Shown: positions 48,433 to 58,115 of the stretch, piece by piece
Numbering within the stretch: the first letter of the stretch is position 1
How the letters are laid out: every line of letters begins with the position of its first letter
Source of the DNA: Gammaproteobacteria bacterium
GTDB lineage: Bacteria; Pseudomonadota; Gammaproteobacteria; JAADGQ01
Assembly (NCBI GenBank): GCA_015490755.1
Contig: WFXF01000041.1
Span: forward strand, 2 to 64,001
Direction of reading: 5' to 3'
Length of the DNA: 64,000 nt
Made by a program: the position numbers and the translations under genes
Notes under the pieces: model-generated
Database searches by the model: none
Told to the model about the DNA's origin: nothing
Seen by the model: the letters and a program-made list of their open reading frames with translations, nothing else

Positions 48433-51264
48433 ATGCAGTATCAAAGTATAAAAGTTTTACTCATCAATGCCGATCCTGGCATACGGTTTGAAATTGTCAG
48501 CTATCTTCGTCAAGCGGGTTATCCACAGGTCTTGGAGGCTGGAGATGGTCGATCTGCACTGCGCTTGTTACATGAAAACTCATTTGACCTGATTATTACT
48601 GATATAAATGTTCCTCATATCGATGGTTGGCGTCTGGCTCGTATTGTGCGCTCAGGTGTTTTTAATACTTCAAGAAAAACACCCATTATTGTGGTGGCAC
48701 AAACCAATAACAGACATATCGCTAAAATTACTGCATTTGACTATGGAGTTAATTGCTTTTTACGATATCCCCTTGAGAGCGGAAATGTATTAATATCATC
48801 AGTGAAATCTTGCCTTGATGATGAGAGCTGGGGGATTAGTAAACCCTCTTTGCTTGTTATTGAAGATAATGAAGATACTGCTGATATTGCATTACGAGCT
48901 TTAAATAAGCGTTATGTGATGGAGGTTGCATCGGATGGTTTGCTCGGCCTGCAAGCATGGAAAGAGCGCCATCATAGCTTGATTCTACTCGATCTCATGA
49001 TACCGGGCCTGTCAGGTGATCAGGTGCTCAAAGAGATTATGGAAATTGATCCGGCTCAGAGTGTTATCATCATGACCGCCAATACGGATATGAAGTATGT
49101 TGAGTCATTCATGTTGGCGGGCGCGATTGATTTTGTACAGAAACCTTTTCACCTTGATGATCTGCGGCGAGTCTGCGAAATTGCTTTTCGGCGTAAAGAC
49201 AATATTGTGATCAATTCACAATACGCTGCCCAAATGCAGGTGATGCGTAAAACGATGAATGAGTTGGAGACTCATATTGTTGAACGCAAAAAAGTTGAGC
49301 ATGATCTGAAAAAAGCAAAAGAGGCGGCAGAAGTGGCTAATCAGGTTAAAAGTGAGTTTTTAGCAACGATGAGTCATGAAATTCGTACGCCTATGAATGG
49401 TATTATTGGCTTGACAGGTCTGTTGTTGGACTCCGATCTGTCTGCAGAGCAGAATGAATTTGCTGAATCAGTGTTAGGTTCTGCGGAATCACTGTTAGGT
49501 ATTATCAATGATATTATGGACTTTTCTAAAAATGAGGCCGGTAAGCTCGAGTTGGAAGAGATCGATTTTGATCTGCGCCAGATTGTTGATGAGGTACTTG
49601 ACCTTTTTACTGAGCAGGTGGGGCGTAAAAATTTAGAGCTGGTTTGTATGATTGAGCATGATGTGCCCCGGTTTGTAAACGGTGACCCTGGCCGGTTACG
49701 TCAGATCTTGGTGAATCTCGTGGGCAATGCTGTGAAATTTACTGAGCAGGGTGAGGTGATTGTTCGCGGATCATTTTCAAGCAAAACGGATGATCAAATA
49801 GAGCTTAATTTTGAGGTGTCTGATTCAGGTATCGGTATTGATGAAAGCAACTGCTCACACCTATTCGACTCTTTTACTCAGGTTGATAGTTCAACCAAGC
49901 GCCAGTACGGAGGTACTGGGCTGGGTCTGAGTATTTCAAAGCAGCTGGTTGAAAAGATGGGAGGCGAAATTGGTGTGCGAAGTCAGCCTTGCCAAGGCAC
50001 TACATTTCATTTTTCAATCATTTCAAGTGTTGCCAAGAGTAAAAGCTTTCAGCAGCTTGATGTTGTATTGCCGAGCCAGTTGCAAAACGTACGTATTCTT
50101 ATTGCGGGGTGTACTCCGGCAGGTCGTAGCTTTATGAATCACGCACTTCATGATGTAGTTGCTGTTTATGAATTTGTAAATGACAGTCGTTCGGTGGTTA
50201 CTCGTTTGCAGTGTGCTGCGGAAAAAGGTGAACATTTTGATATTTTGATTCTTGATAAAAGCTCACCTGACCTGTGTTCTGCCGCATTACTGAAGAAAAT
50301 AGAGGATACTCCAGATATCGCATACGTTCGTATTGTACATATCACTTGTTTTGGGTTGCGCAGGCAGAGTGAAAAACGGTTAAGTACAAGTGGAGCATCT
50401 GCTTATTTATCAAAGCCGATGAATCAGACACAGTTATATACATGTTTGGACTCAGTGATGGGAGGAGTAATTGATACTGATCATCAGAAAAATAGTGAAA
50501 ATAACTCTATACACCATCAATTTAAAGGGCGGGTTTTGGTTGTGGAGGACAATATTGTCAATCAAAAAGTAGCGTTGGGTATTATGAAAAAAATGGGTTG
50601 CCGCGTTGATGTCGCAGCCAACGGTGTGGAAGCGGTGAAAGCTGTCTCGAAACTCTCTTATGATCTAATATTGATGGATTGTCAGATGCCTGAAATGGAT
50701 GGTTATGAGGCCACTGGAACGATTCGTCGTATTGAAGGTGAAATGCGGCGTACTCCGATTGTAGCAATGACGGCCAATGCATTAAAAGAGGATTTTCAGC
50801 GCTGTATTGATTCTGGAATGGATGATTATATCTCCAAACCCGTACAGATCAGCGAGGTGAGTCGAGTGCTGTCACGCTGGCTGGTACAAAAGCCTGTTGC
50901 TGAGTTATCGGGGGTGGGTGTGGTCTCTCTCGATATGCAGGTTCTGGACGAGTTGCGCTGTGTGCTGGCAGATGAGTTTGGGGGGCTTATTGATGATTTT
51001 CTGTGTGATACAAAAAGTCGTATTCAAGAGATGGAGCAGGCTGTGGTTAATGAAGATGCTAAAACAGTACGCTGGGTGGCGCACAGCCTGAAAGGTAGCA
51101 GCAGTAATGTTGGGGCAATAGCACTTTCTGATGAGAGCCATTGTCTTGAAAAAATGGCACGCAGTGGAAATATTATTGGTATGGGCAGTGCATTACGCAG
51201 CTTGATCGAAGAGTTTGCTCAAGTGAGTGAACAGCTCAACAAAGTCACGCGACAAACAACATGA
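48433..51264 (+). CDS. Hybrid sensor histidine kinase (REC-REC-HisKA-HATPase-REC-HPt)
   Basis: H-box [10 protein letters not shown], HATPase G-boxes, a C-terminal receiver ([11 protein letters not shown]) and an HPt domain ([12 protein letters not shown]). Confidence 0.85.
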   Translation: MQYQSIKVLLINADPGIRFEIVSYLRQAGYPQVLEAGDGRSALRLLHENSFDLIITDINVPHIDGWRLARIVRSGVFNTSRKTPIIVVAQTNNRHIAKITAFDYGVNCFLRYPLESGNVLISSVKSCLDDESWGISKPSLLVIEDNEDTADIALRALNKRYVMEVASDGLLGLQAWKERHHSLILLDLMIPGLSGDQVLKEIMEIDPAQSVIIMTANTDMKYVESFMLAGAIDFVQKPFHLDDLRRVCEIAFRRKDNIVINSQYAAQMQVMRKTMNELETHIVERKKVEHDLKKAKEAAEVANQVKSEFLATMSHEIRTPMNGIIGLTGLLLDSDLSAEQNEFAESVLGSAESLLGIINDIMDFSKNEAGKLELEEIDFDLRQIVDEVLDLFTEQVGRKNLELVCMIEHDVPRFVNGDPGRLRQILVNLVGNAVKFTEQGEVIVRGSFSSKTDDQIELNFEVSDSGIGIDESNCSHLFDSFTQVDSSTKRQYGGTGLGLSISKQLVEKMGGEIGVRSQPCQGTTFHFSIISSVAKSKSFQQLDVVLPSQLQNVRILIAGCTPAGRSFMNHALHDVVAVYEFVNDSRSVVTRLQCAAEKGEHFDILILDKSSPDLCSAALLKKIEDTPDIAYVRIVHITCFGLRRQSEKRLSTSGASAYLSKPMNQTQLYTCLDSVMGGVIDTDHQKNSENNSIHHQFKGRVLVVEDNIVNQKVALGIMKKMGCRVDVAANGVEAVKAVSKLSYDLILMDCQMPEMDGYEATGTIRRIEGEMRRTPIVAMTANALKEDFQRCIDSGMDDYISKPVQISEVSRVLSRWLVQKPVAELSGVGVVSLDMQVLDELRCVLADEFGGLIDDFLCDTKSRIQEMEQAVVNEDAKTVRWVAHSLKGSSSNVGAIALSDESHCLEKMARSGNIIGMGSALRSLIEEFAQVSEQLNKVTRQTT

Positions 51265-51803
51265 TTTATAGTGCTGAAAATATATTCAAATATTGCCCTA
51301 AATGCGGTGAGCAAAACTTTCTTCTTTTACCCAAAGAGGGTGCTTTTCGTTGTGGGGCCTGTAAATTCTGCTACTACCTTAATGCTGCGGCAGCCGTTGC
51401 GGCATTGATTGTTGATGAAAACAAAAATTTACTTGTGGTTGAACGCGGTCGTGAACCTGCAAAGGGTATGCTGGATCTTCCTGGCGGTTTTGTTGATATA
51501 GGTGAGCGTGCTGAGGATGCGTTGCAGCGGGAAATACGAGAAGAGCTTAATCTTGAAATTAAACAGTTTTCACTGTTGACAACTTTTCCAAACGATTACC
51601 CGTATGGCGACATGCTCTATTTTACGCTGGACCTGGCTTTTGTTTGCCAAGTCAGGGATTTTTCTAAAATTCGTACAGCGGATGATGTTTCTGGCTACCA
51701 GTTTATACCGCTGCACGAAATTGATCTGGACTTGTTTGGGTTCGAGTCAGTCAAAAAAATTATCGAATACTTTAAAAACAGTTCGACCCTGCAGGTTTCC
51801 TAA
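51261..51803 (+). CDS. NUDIX hydrolase with an N-terminal zinc ribbon
   Basis: CPKCG...CGAC, and the Nudix box GGFVDIGERAEDALQREIREELN. Confidence 0.8.
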   Translation: MIYSAENIFKYCPKCGEQNFLLLPKEGAFRCGACKFCYYLNAAAAVAALIVDENKNLLVVERGREPAKGMLDLPGGFVDIGERAEDALQREIREELNLEIKQFSLLTTFPNDYPYGDMLYFTLDLAFVCQVRDFSKIRTADDVSGYQFIPLHEIDLDLFGFESVKKIIEYFKNSSTLQVS

Positions 51804-52645
51804 TGATCATGTTTATGGTCATGTCCGTGGCCCGCATGGTCATCTGGATTTTTTGGAGACGCAGGCGGTAATGCTAAAAATGCGGTGTTATTGACATCAC
51901 CTTGAGCCAAGATGAGTGCGTAGACCAAAGGCGGAAAGTTTTCTATTTTTTTGTTGTTGAAAGCGAGTAACGGGGTTCCTGTGATGCCGTGTTGTTTTGC
52001 AAAATCGATATCTTCTTTCAGAGTTGCTTCTGTTTCAGCAGATTTTACACAAGTTTCCAGCTTTTTCTTTTTAGCTTCATCGGAAGCAGCGCTTAGCCAA
52101 ATTCGCTCAGTCGTTAAAAACTTTTGTTGCTGAAATAGCTCAAAACGGATGCGTTCCAGTTCAGCTGGATCTGTTTGGCAAATCATAACCTTGGCAGCCA
52201 GGCAACGTACACCATCTTCCGCACTAAAATTGACATTGGAGTTACACTCTTTATCCAGGGGGTAGTTACGTATTTCCAGGCTCCATGAGTTATCGGGTGT
52301 ATCTTGCAAGATTGCGTGCAGGGTTTCATCCATGTGTTTGCAATGAGGGCAGAGAATATCCAGCCACTTGACGATGTGGACGGGGCTCTCTTTTTGACCA
52401 AAAGCCATGCGCTCAGGTACTGGCTCTTTTTTGATTTCAGGTGCGGCTTTATATTCAGCTAACGAGTTGCTTAGTGATTGAAGCAATTGAGGAGGTAATT
52501 TGTCCAGAAAGGCTGCAACGGCAGCGGTTTGTGCATCAACTGGCTCTGTTTTTTTCTTGGTCTCTTCTGCTGCATTTGCAGTTGTGAAGAAAGCGATAAC
52601 AATAATTGCAAATACTACTATTTTGTTTGTGTTTTTTAATGTCAT
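51800..52645 (-). CDS. DsbA-like thioredoxin-fold protein with a His-rich C-terminal tail
   Basis: Signal peptide, a CPHC active site and the tail DHAGHGHDHKHDH. Confidence 0.7.
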   Translation of the reverse strand: MTLKNTNKIVVFAIIVIAFFTTANAAEETKKKTEPVDAQTAAVAAFLDKLPPQLLQSLSNSLAEYKAAPEIKKEPVPERMAFGQKESPVHIVKWLDILCPHCKHMDETLHAILQDTPDNSWSLEIRNYPLDKECNSNVNFSAEDGVRCLAAKVMICQTDPAELERIRFELFQQQKFLTTERIWLSAASDEAKKKKLETCVKSAETEATLKEDIDFAKQHGITGTPLLAFNNKKIENFPPLVYALILAQGDVNNTAFLALPPASPKNPDDHAGHGHDHKHDH

Positions 52646-52725
52646 GATGACTTAACCTTTTATTAGAAAAAAAAGCAAAACTTCGCCGATTTTACCTGTC
52701 TTCATGAAATTATCCTACTACTATT

Positions 52726-54207
52726 TTAGTGTGGGTCGAGCGACGTTAAAATAGTTTGAAACTTTTGGTACATAGGTTGGTTGTTGCGCTTTTGGTAGCC
52801 GTTGATCAGAATTGGTAATTTTTTGGTGAGTATTTTTAGCAGGGCTTGGCGGTAATGTGGTTCTTGCTCAGCATCAAGTGCTTTAATTAAGGCGCTGATA
52901 CGAAACCGATCCATCGCAGGATATTGGCTCGATAGCTGATCTTTATGCCCACCAAATCGAGTCAATGACGGGCTGGCTTCAAGGCCGACCACATGATGAC
53001 GAGTGATTCGCAGCCATAAATCGTAATCTTCACAGGCGGGAAGTGTTTCGTCAAACGTGCCATATAAATCAAACAGGTCGCGCTTGATCAGAACAGAAGA
53101 TGGGGAGATCATGCAGCGCTCTAATGATTCTTGCCATATCCAGCCTTGAGGTTTTTTGTGATGCTTACAGGCATTGACACGCTTGCCATTACGAACCCAG
53201 ACTTCCTGACTCTGCATGATTTGGTAAAAAGGGCAGACTTGTAAAAACTGCCACTGCTTTTCAAGTTTGTCGGGGCTCCATAAATCATCTGAGTCAAGCA
53301 GTGCAATCCACGAACTTTGGCTTTGCATGATTGCGCTGTTTCGAGCAAAGGAGACGCCGTGATTTTTACTTGATAAAATCAGTGTGATTTTATCAGAATA
53401 TTTTTTTAATACCTCTTGGGTTGAATCGTTTGAACCATCATCGATGACGATGATTTCTCGTGGTAATAACGTTTGTGCCAATACGGATTCAATCGCATTC
53501 GTGACCTGTTTTTGCCGATTGTATGTCGGGATGATGACAGTGATATCTGCATTTTCTGGTGTCTCTAAAAATGAAAGAATCGTTTTCAGTTGCTTGCGCA
53601 TAATAAAAAGCATTCTCTGAAACAGCTCGATCGTTTCATGGCTTGATTCATCAGAGATCATTTTTAACAGATGAAATGAGATATCGCTATCAGCAAAAAC
53701 CTGTGCCTGATGAAATGCTTCCATGTCAATGTAGTGGCATGTTCTCCATGAATCAGGGATTTTTCCAAATTCTGGTTTCTTAACGGTCAGCAGGCGGCCA
53801 CGGGTTTTACGAGTCAGGCTCTTTGGAAAAGAGAAGGGAAGACGAGTATCAATGGATTGTGTTTGACTCTCTTCACTGTTTTCGATGGTCACAGGCGTGA
53901 TCCAGGTGCCCATTGGGGCGCTATTTCCAATAGCTCCGCATGAGCCAATATTAACAACATAGAGTGGCTGTAAGTGTGTTTTAATCCAGATGGCAGCATC
54001 CATTGAATGCTTTGGTCCAACTCCAGTGATAATAAATAGAACCCCTGAGTTTTTTCCAGATATGGATCTGTTTTTTAATGCACCGGCTTTGACTGCTTTT
54101 AATGTATGAACAGAGACATTGAGTGCTTTAAGCCATTCAACAGGAATTTCATCTTTAATAGCGACGGTGAAAACAAGTTGGTAGGGTGGGATGGTCGGTT
54201 GTTTCAT
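52726..54207 (-). CDS. Fusion protein: N-terminal PNP/MTA-SAH-nucleosidase-like phosphorylase domain plus C-terminal family-2 glycosyltransferase
   Basis: N-terminal GVGPKHSMDAA...VVNIGSCGAI, and C-terminal ITVIIPTYNRQKQV...IIVIDDGSNDST (GT2 DxD). Confidence 0.65.
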   Translation of the reverse strand: MKQPTIPPYQLVFTVAIKDEIPVEWLKALNVSVHTLKAVKAGALKNRSISGKNSGVLFIITGVGPKHSMDAAIWIKTHLQPLYVVNIGSCGAIGNSAPMGTWITPVTIENSEESQTQSIDTRLPFSFPKSLTRKTRGRLLTVKKPEFGKIPDSWRTCHYIDMEAFHQAQVFADSDISFHLLKMISDESSHETIELFQRMLFIMRKQLKTILSFLETPENADITVIIPTYNRQKQVTNAIESVLAQTLLPREIIVIDDGSNDSTQEVLKKYSDKITLILSSKNHGVSFARNSAIMQSQSSWIALLDSDDLWSPDKLEKQWQFLQVCPFYQIMQSQEVWVRNGKRVNACKHHKKPQGWIWQESLERCMISPSSVLIKRDLFDLYGTFDETLPACEDYDLWLRITRHHVVGLEASPSLTRFGGHKDQLSSQYPAMDRFRISALIKALDAEQEPHYRQALLKILTKKLPILINGYQKRNNQPMYQKFQTILTSLDPH

Positions 54208-54264
54208 TCGTGATTATGCATTCCCACGGAGGGCCGTGGGAACGAGAAACGAAAATTTTTTGGA

Positions 54265-55476
54265 TTAATGGCTTTTTTTTGCTGCAAGACGCAGACGCAG
54301 TGCATTTAATTTGATAAAGCCCTCTGCATCTTTCTGGTCATAAGCACCCGCATCATCTTCAAAAGTGGCAATGTTTTCATCAAACAAACTGTGCGTATTG
54401 GACTCTCGGCCTACAACACTGACACACCCTTTATACAGTTTTAAGCGGACTTTGCCATTTACGGCGGCTTGTGAAAGATCAATCATTGCTTGCAACATGT
54501 GGCGTTCAGGGCTCCACCAATAGCCGTTATAAATAAGTGCCGCATAACGAGGCATCAACTCATCTTTCAAGTGAGCTGCTTCCCGATCCAGTGTGATCGA
54601 TTCAATGGCGCGGTGAGCTTTGAGTAAAATAGCACCGCCCGGTGTTTCGTAGCAACCGCGAGCCTTCATGCCCACATAACGGTTTTCAACAATATCTAAA
54701 CGACCAATGCCGTTATCACCACCGGCCTTGTTAAGTGCTCTTAATAGTGTTGCGGCAGTCATGGTTTCACCATTGAGTGCAATGGGATCGCCATTTTTGA
54801 AATCCAGTTCGATATAAGTGGCTACATCAGGTGCTTGCTCAGGTGAAACGGTATGAAGCCACATACCTTCTTCAGCCTCGTGCCAGGGATTTTCCAGAAT
54901 GCCGCCTTCATAAGAGATATGCAGTAAATTAGCATCCATCGAATAGGGCGATTTCTGGCCGTGTTTTTTCTCAATAGGAATGCCGTGACTTTCGGCATAA
55001 GCGAGTAGTTTTTCACGCGAATTAAGATCCCATTCTCGCCAGGGAGCGATGACATGAATGTCTGGATTCAGAGCATAAGCACCTAACTCAAATCTGACCT
55101 GATCGTTGCCTTTCCCTGTTGCGCCATGAGAGATGCTGTCACTGCCCGTTTCAGCCGCAATTTCGATCAGACGTTTTGCAATCAGGGGTCGAGCAATAGA
55201 AGTGCCTAACAGGTATTCACCTTCATAAATAGTATTGGCACGAAACATCGGGAAAACGTAGTTTTGAACAAACTCTTCTTGAAGGTCTTCGATATAGATC
55301 TCTTTAACTCCCATCGCTTCGGCTTTGGCGCGCGCGGGTTCGACCTCTTCACCCTGGCCAATATCGGCGGTGAATGTGACAACTTCACATTGATATTCAT
55401 CTTGCAGCCATTTGAGAATGATGGAGGTATCAAGGCCGCCCGAATAAGCTAAAACAACTTTATTGATTTTTGACAT
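54265..55476 (-). CDS. argG: Argininosuccinate synthase
   Basis: [10 protein letters not shown]-loop; about 400 aa, type I. Confidence 0.9.
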   Translation of the reverse strand: MSKINKVVLAYSGGLDTSIILKWLQDEYQCEVVTFTADIGQGEEVEPARAKAEAMGVKEIYIEDLQEEFVQNYVFPMFRANTIYEGEYLLGTSIARPLIAKRLIEIAAETGSDSISHGATGKGNDQVRFELGAYALNPDIHVIAPWREWDLNSREKLLAYAESHGIPIEKKHGQKSPYSMDANLLHISYEGGILENPWHEAEEGMWLHTVSPEQAPDVATYIELDFKNGDPIALNGETMTAATLLRALNKAGGDNGIGRLDIVENRYVGMKARGCYETPGGAILLKAHRAIESITLDREAAHLKDELMPRYAALIYNGYWWSPERHMLQAMIDLSQAAVNGKVRLKLYKGCVSVVGRESNTHSLFDENIATFEDDAGAYDQKDAEGFIKLNALRLRLAAKKSH

Positions 55477-55593
55477 AGTATTCTTGTAAATAGAGGTAAA
55501 CTTGAAATAATCGCGCTATCATCGGTATTTTCACGCACAAGGTCAAGAAAAGTAACTTGCATCCTCATCTTACCTACCTTAATGTGAGCACTG

Positions 55594-56631
55594 ATGAAAA
55601 CAATAACTCTAACAAAACCCGATGATTGGCATATACATCTGCGCGATGGAACGGCTTTAAAGACGACGGTTCGGCACGCCGCCGAGCAGTTTGCACGTGC
55701 CATTATTATGCCTAATTTACAACCTCCCGTGACGACGACGGAAGCTGCACTGGCTTATCGACAACGTATTTTGGATGCTATCCCAGTTGATAAACGATCA
55801 TTTAAACCGCTCATGACGCTCTATCTGACCGATCATACATCCACAGATGAGATCAAACGGGCTCATCGAAGTGGCCATGTTGTTGCCGCAAAGTTGTATC
55901 CCGCAGGTGCGACGACAAATTCGGCGCAAGGTGTGACCCGGTTTGAAGCTATTTATGAAGCGCTGGAAGCGATGGCTGAATTAAATATGCCATTACTGGT
56001 GCATGGTGAAGTGACAGACTCTGATGTTGATGTATTTGACCGGGAAAAAGTTTTTATTGAAACAAAATTGATCCCGTTGGTGAATCGCTTTCCTCATTTG
56101 CGTATTGTGCTGGAGCATATTACCACCGCCGATGCTGTAGAATTTATAACGTCCAGTAATGAAAATATTGCCGCTACAATGACTGCACACCACCTGTTGT
56201 TAAACCGTAATGCCATGCTGGTGGGCGGGATTCACCCTCATTACTATTGCCTTCCCGTTGTGAAGCGTGAGCGCCACCGCTTGGCACTATTGAAGGCTGC
56301 TACCAGCGGTAGCCCCAAATTCTTTTTAGGAACGGACAGTGCGCCTCATATTCAAGGCAATAAAGAGAGCGCCTGTGGCTGTGCCGGGATTTATACGGCA
56401 CATGCGGCCATTGAGCTTTATGCAGAGGCATTTGATTCCGCAGGTGCGCTGGATAAACTGGAAGGTTTTGCCAGTTTTTACGGGCCTGATTTTTATGGCC
56501 TTTCACGCAATGAAGAAAAAATCAGACTTGGGAAGGAGAGTAGCCTGGCTCCAGATCAATTTGATTTGGGTGGAGAGCCACTTATTCCGTTTAGAGCAGG
56601 GGCAGAATTAAGGTGGAAACAGGTTGAGTAA
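55594..56631 (+). CDS. pyrC: Dihydroorotase (class II, homodimeric type)
   Basis: DDWHIHLRD metal-binding motif; 345 aa. Confidence 0.9.
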   Translation: MKTITLTKPDDWHIHLRDGTALKTTVRHAAEQFARAIIMPNLQPPVTTTEAALAYRQRILDAIPVDKRSFKPLMTLYLTDHTSTDEIKRAHRSGHVVAAKLYPAGATTNSAQGVTRFEAIYEALEAMAELNMPLLVHGEVTDSDVDVFDREKVFIETKLIPLVNRFPHLRIVLEHITTADAVEFITSSNENIAATMTAHHLLLNRNAMLVGGIHPHYYCLPVVKRERHRLALLKAATSGSPKFFLGTDSAPHIQGNKESACGCAGIYTAHAAIELYAEAFDSAGALDKLEGFASFYGPDFYGLSRNEEKIRLGKESSLAPDQFDLGGEPLIPFRAGAELRWKQVE

Positions 56632-57271
56632 TTCAGAAAAAAACAGTGTTGAGGAAAACAGATCTCAAAAGCGGCCGATTGCAAAACGCTTTCGGAGCTA
56701 TTTACCTGTTGTGGTTGATGTCGAGACGGCAGGCTTTGATGCCAGGCGTGATGCGCTATTAGAGGTCGCTGCGATTGCAATTGATATGGATGAAGATGGC
56801 ATTTTATTTCCTGGTGAAATGCACTCTTGTCATATTAAGCCCTTTGAAGGGGCAAACCTGGATGAAGCGGCACTGAAATTTACGGGAATCGACCCCTTTC
56901 ATCCGCTGCGTATTGCACAAGAAGAGAGTGAGGCACTACATAGTATATTCCGACCCATCCGCCAGGCGGTTAAAGAAACAGGCTGTACACGAGCCATTCT
57001 AGTCGGCCATAACCCCTCTTTTGATCTCTCTTTTATTAATGCTGCCGCGGAGCGCTCAAAAATAAAGCGCAACCCATTTCACCCCTTTAGCACATTTGAT
57101 ACAGCAACATTAGGCGGTCTGGCATTTGGGCAGACGGTATTGGCGCGTGCGGCCAAAGCCGCCAAAATGGAGTGGAGCAGCGATGAAGCGCACTCCGCAC
57201 GTTATGATACAGAAAAAACAGCCGAGCTATTTTGCCTTATTGTGAATCAGTGGGATCAGTTTAAAAAATAA
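56624..57271 (+). CDS. rnt: Ribonuclease T
   Basis: DEDDh exonuclease motifs ([15 protein letters not shown], a C-terminal YD). Confidence 0.85.
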   Translation: MSNSEKNSVEENRSQKRPIAKRFRSYLPVVVDVETAGFDARRDALLEVAAIAIDMDEDGILFPGEMHSCHIKPFEGANLDEAALKFTGIDPFHPLRIAQEESEALHSIFRPIRQAVKETGCTRAILVGHNPSFDLSFINAAAERSKIKRNPFHPFSTFDTATLGGLAFGQTVLARAAKAAKMEWSSDEAHSARYDTEKTAELFCLIVNQWDQFKK

Positions 57272-57349
57272 TACAGACCAAGTATATTTGGATATTATGT
57301 CCTGCGATTATACTGCTGAGGTAGCAATCTATAAATATGTGGATTTAAT

Positions 57350-57643
57350 ATGAAATTTGAGTGGAACTCAGAAAAAGAGAGAGCCAATATCAATAAACAT
57401 GGAATAACTTTTGAGCAGGCTTCCTATGTTTTTGCTGATCCGTTCGCCTTGAATAAGTATGATGATGAGCATTCAATTGAAGAAGACCGGTGGATTTTGT
57501 TGGGAAAGTCGATAAACGAAGTTCTTCTTGTCGTTGTCCATACATTCAAAGATGATGATAACATGGAGTATGTGAGAATTATCAGCGCAAGAAAAGCAAC
57601 AAATGATGAACAGCAGTCATATCAACAAAGGTGTCCAAAATGA
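57350..57643 (+). CDS. brnT: BrnT-family toxin (DUF497)
   Basis: 97 aa starting MKFEWNSEKERANINKHGITFEQA. Confidence 0.7.
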   Translation: MKFEWNSEKERANINKHGITFEQASYVFADPFALNKYDDEHSIEEDRWILLGKSINEVLLVVVHTFKDDDNMEYVRIISARKATNDEQQSYQQRCPK

Positions 57644-57849
57644 AAGATGAATATGATTTTTCGAATGCAGAACAAGGAAAATTCTACAGGCCGCTAGAAG
57701 AGTTGGATATTCCAATCTATTTAGATAAGGAGATTAAAGAATATTTTATTCAAAAGATACGTAGCAAGGGTAAGCAGTTTTCATTGAATGAAACTATCAA
57801 TTCCCTGTTGAAAAAGGATATAGAAATATCGGATAAATTAGCGAGTTAG
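57631..57849 (+). CDS. brnA: BrnA-family antitoxin
   Basis: 72 aa; MKDEYDFSNAEQGKFY is the typical BrnA N-terminus. It overlaps the brnT stop. Confidence 0.65.
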   Translation: MSKMKDEYDFSNAEQGKFYRPLEELDIPIYLDKEIKEYFIQKIRSKGKQFSLNETINSLLKKDIEISDKLAS

Positions 57850-57887
57850 AGTGATAATGAAATAACTTCGACAATTTATTCTTTATC

Positions 57888-58057
57888 CCTAAGGAACGTG
57901 CACGGAATAAGTTACCCAATTATGGCGCAGGAATTTTTCTTCAGCTTAGATGATTCTCAAGAGGCGCATAGCTAGCCTATGTAACGATTGAGATCATCTA
58001 AGCTGGGGGAAAAGGGCAAGTCAGAATGGGGAACTTATTTCGTGACCGTTCCTAAGC
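57888..58057. repeat. Small inverted-repeat element (about 170 bp) with terminal IRs CCTAAGGAACGTGCACGG / CGTGACCGTTCCTAAGC and an internal 13-bp stem hairpin. A second, partial copy lies at 9837..9925
   Basis: Arms are 57888-57905 and 58041-58057. The inner hairpin is 57942-57954 paired with 57994-58006. Confidence 0.5.
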
Positions 58058-58115
58058 TGTAAGGTTGCCTAAAAAGGGTGCTCTTAATTATGAGCACCCA
58101 CTGAAAACCTTTGCC

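Noticed and set aside
54208-54264. Hairpin TTCCCACGGAGGGCCGTGGGAA between argG and the PNP-GT2 gene as a terminator
   Set aside because: Both flanking genes are on the minus strand, and on that strand the stem is not followed by a U-run. It is at best a weak or Rho-dependent signal.
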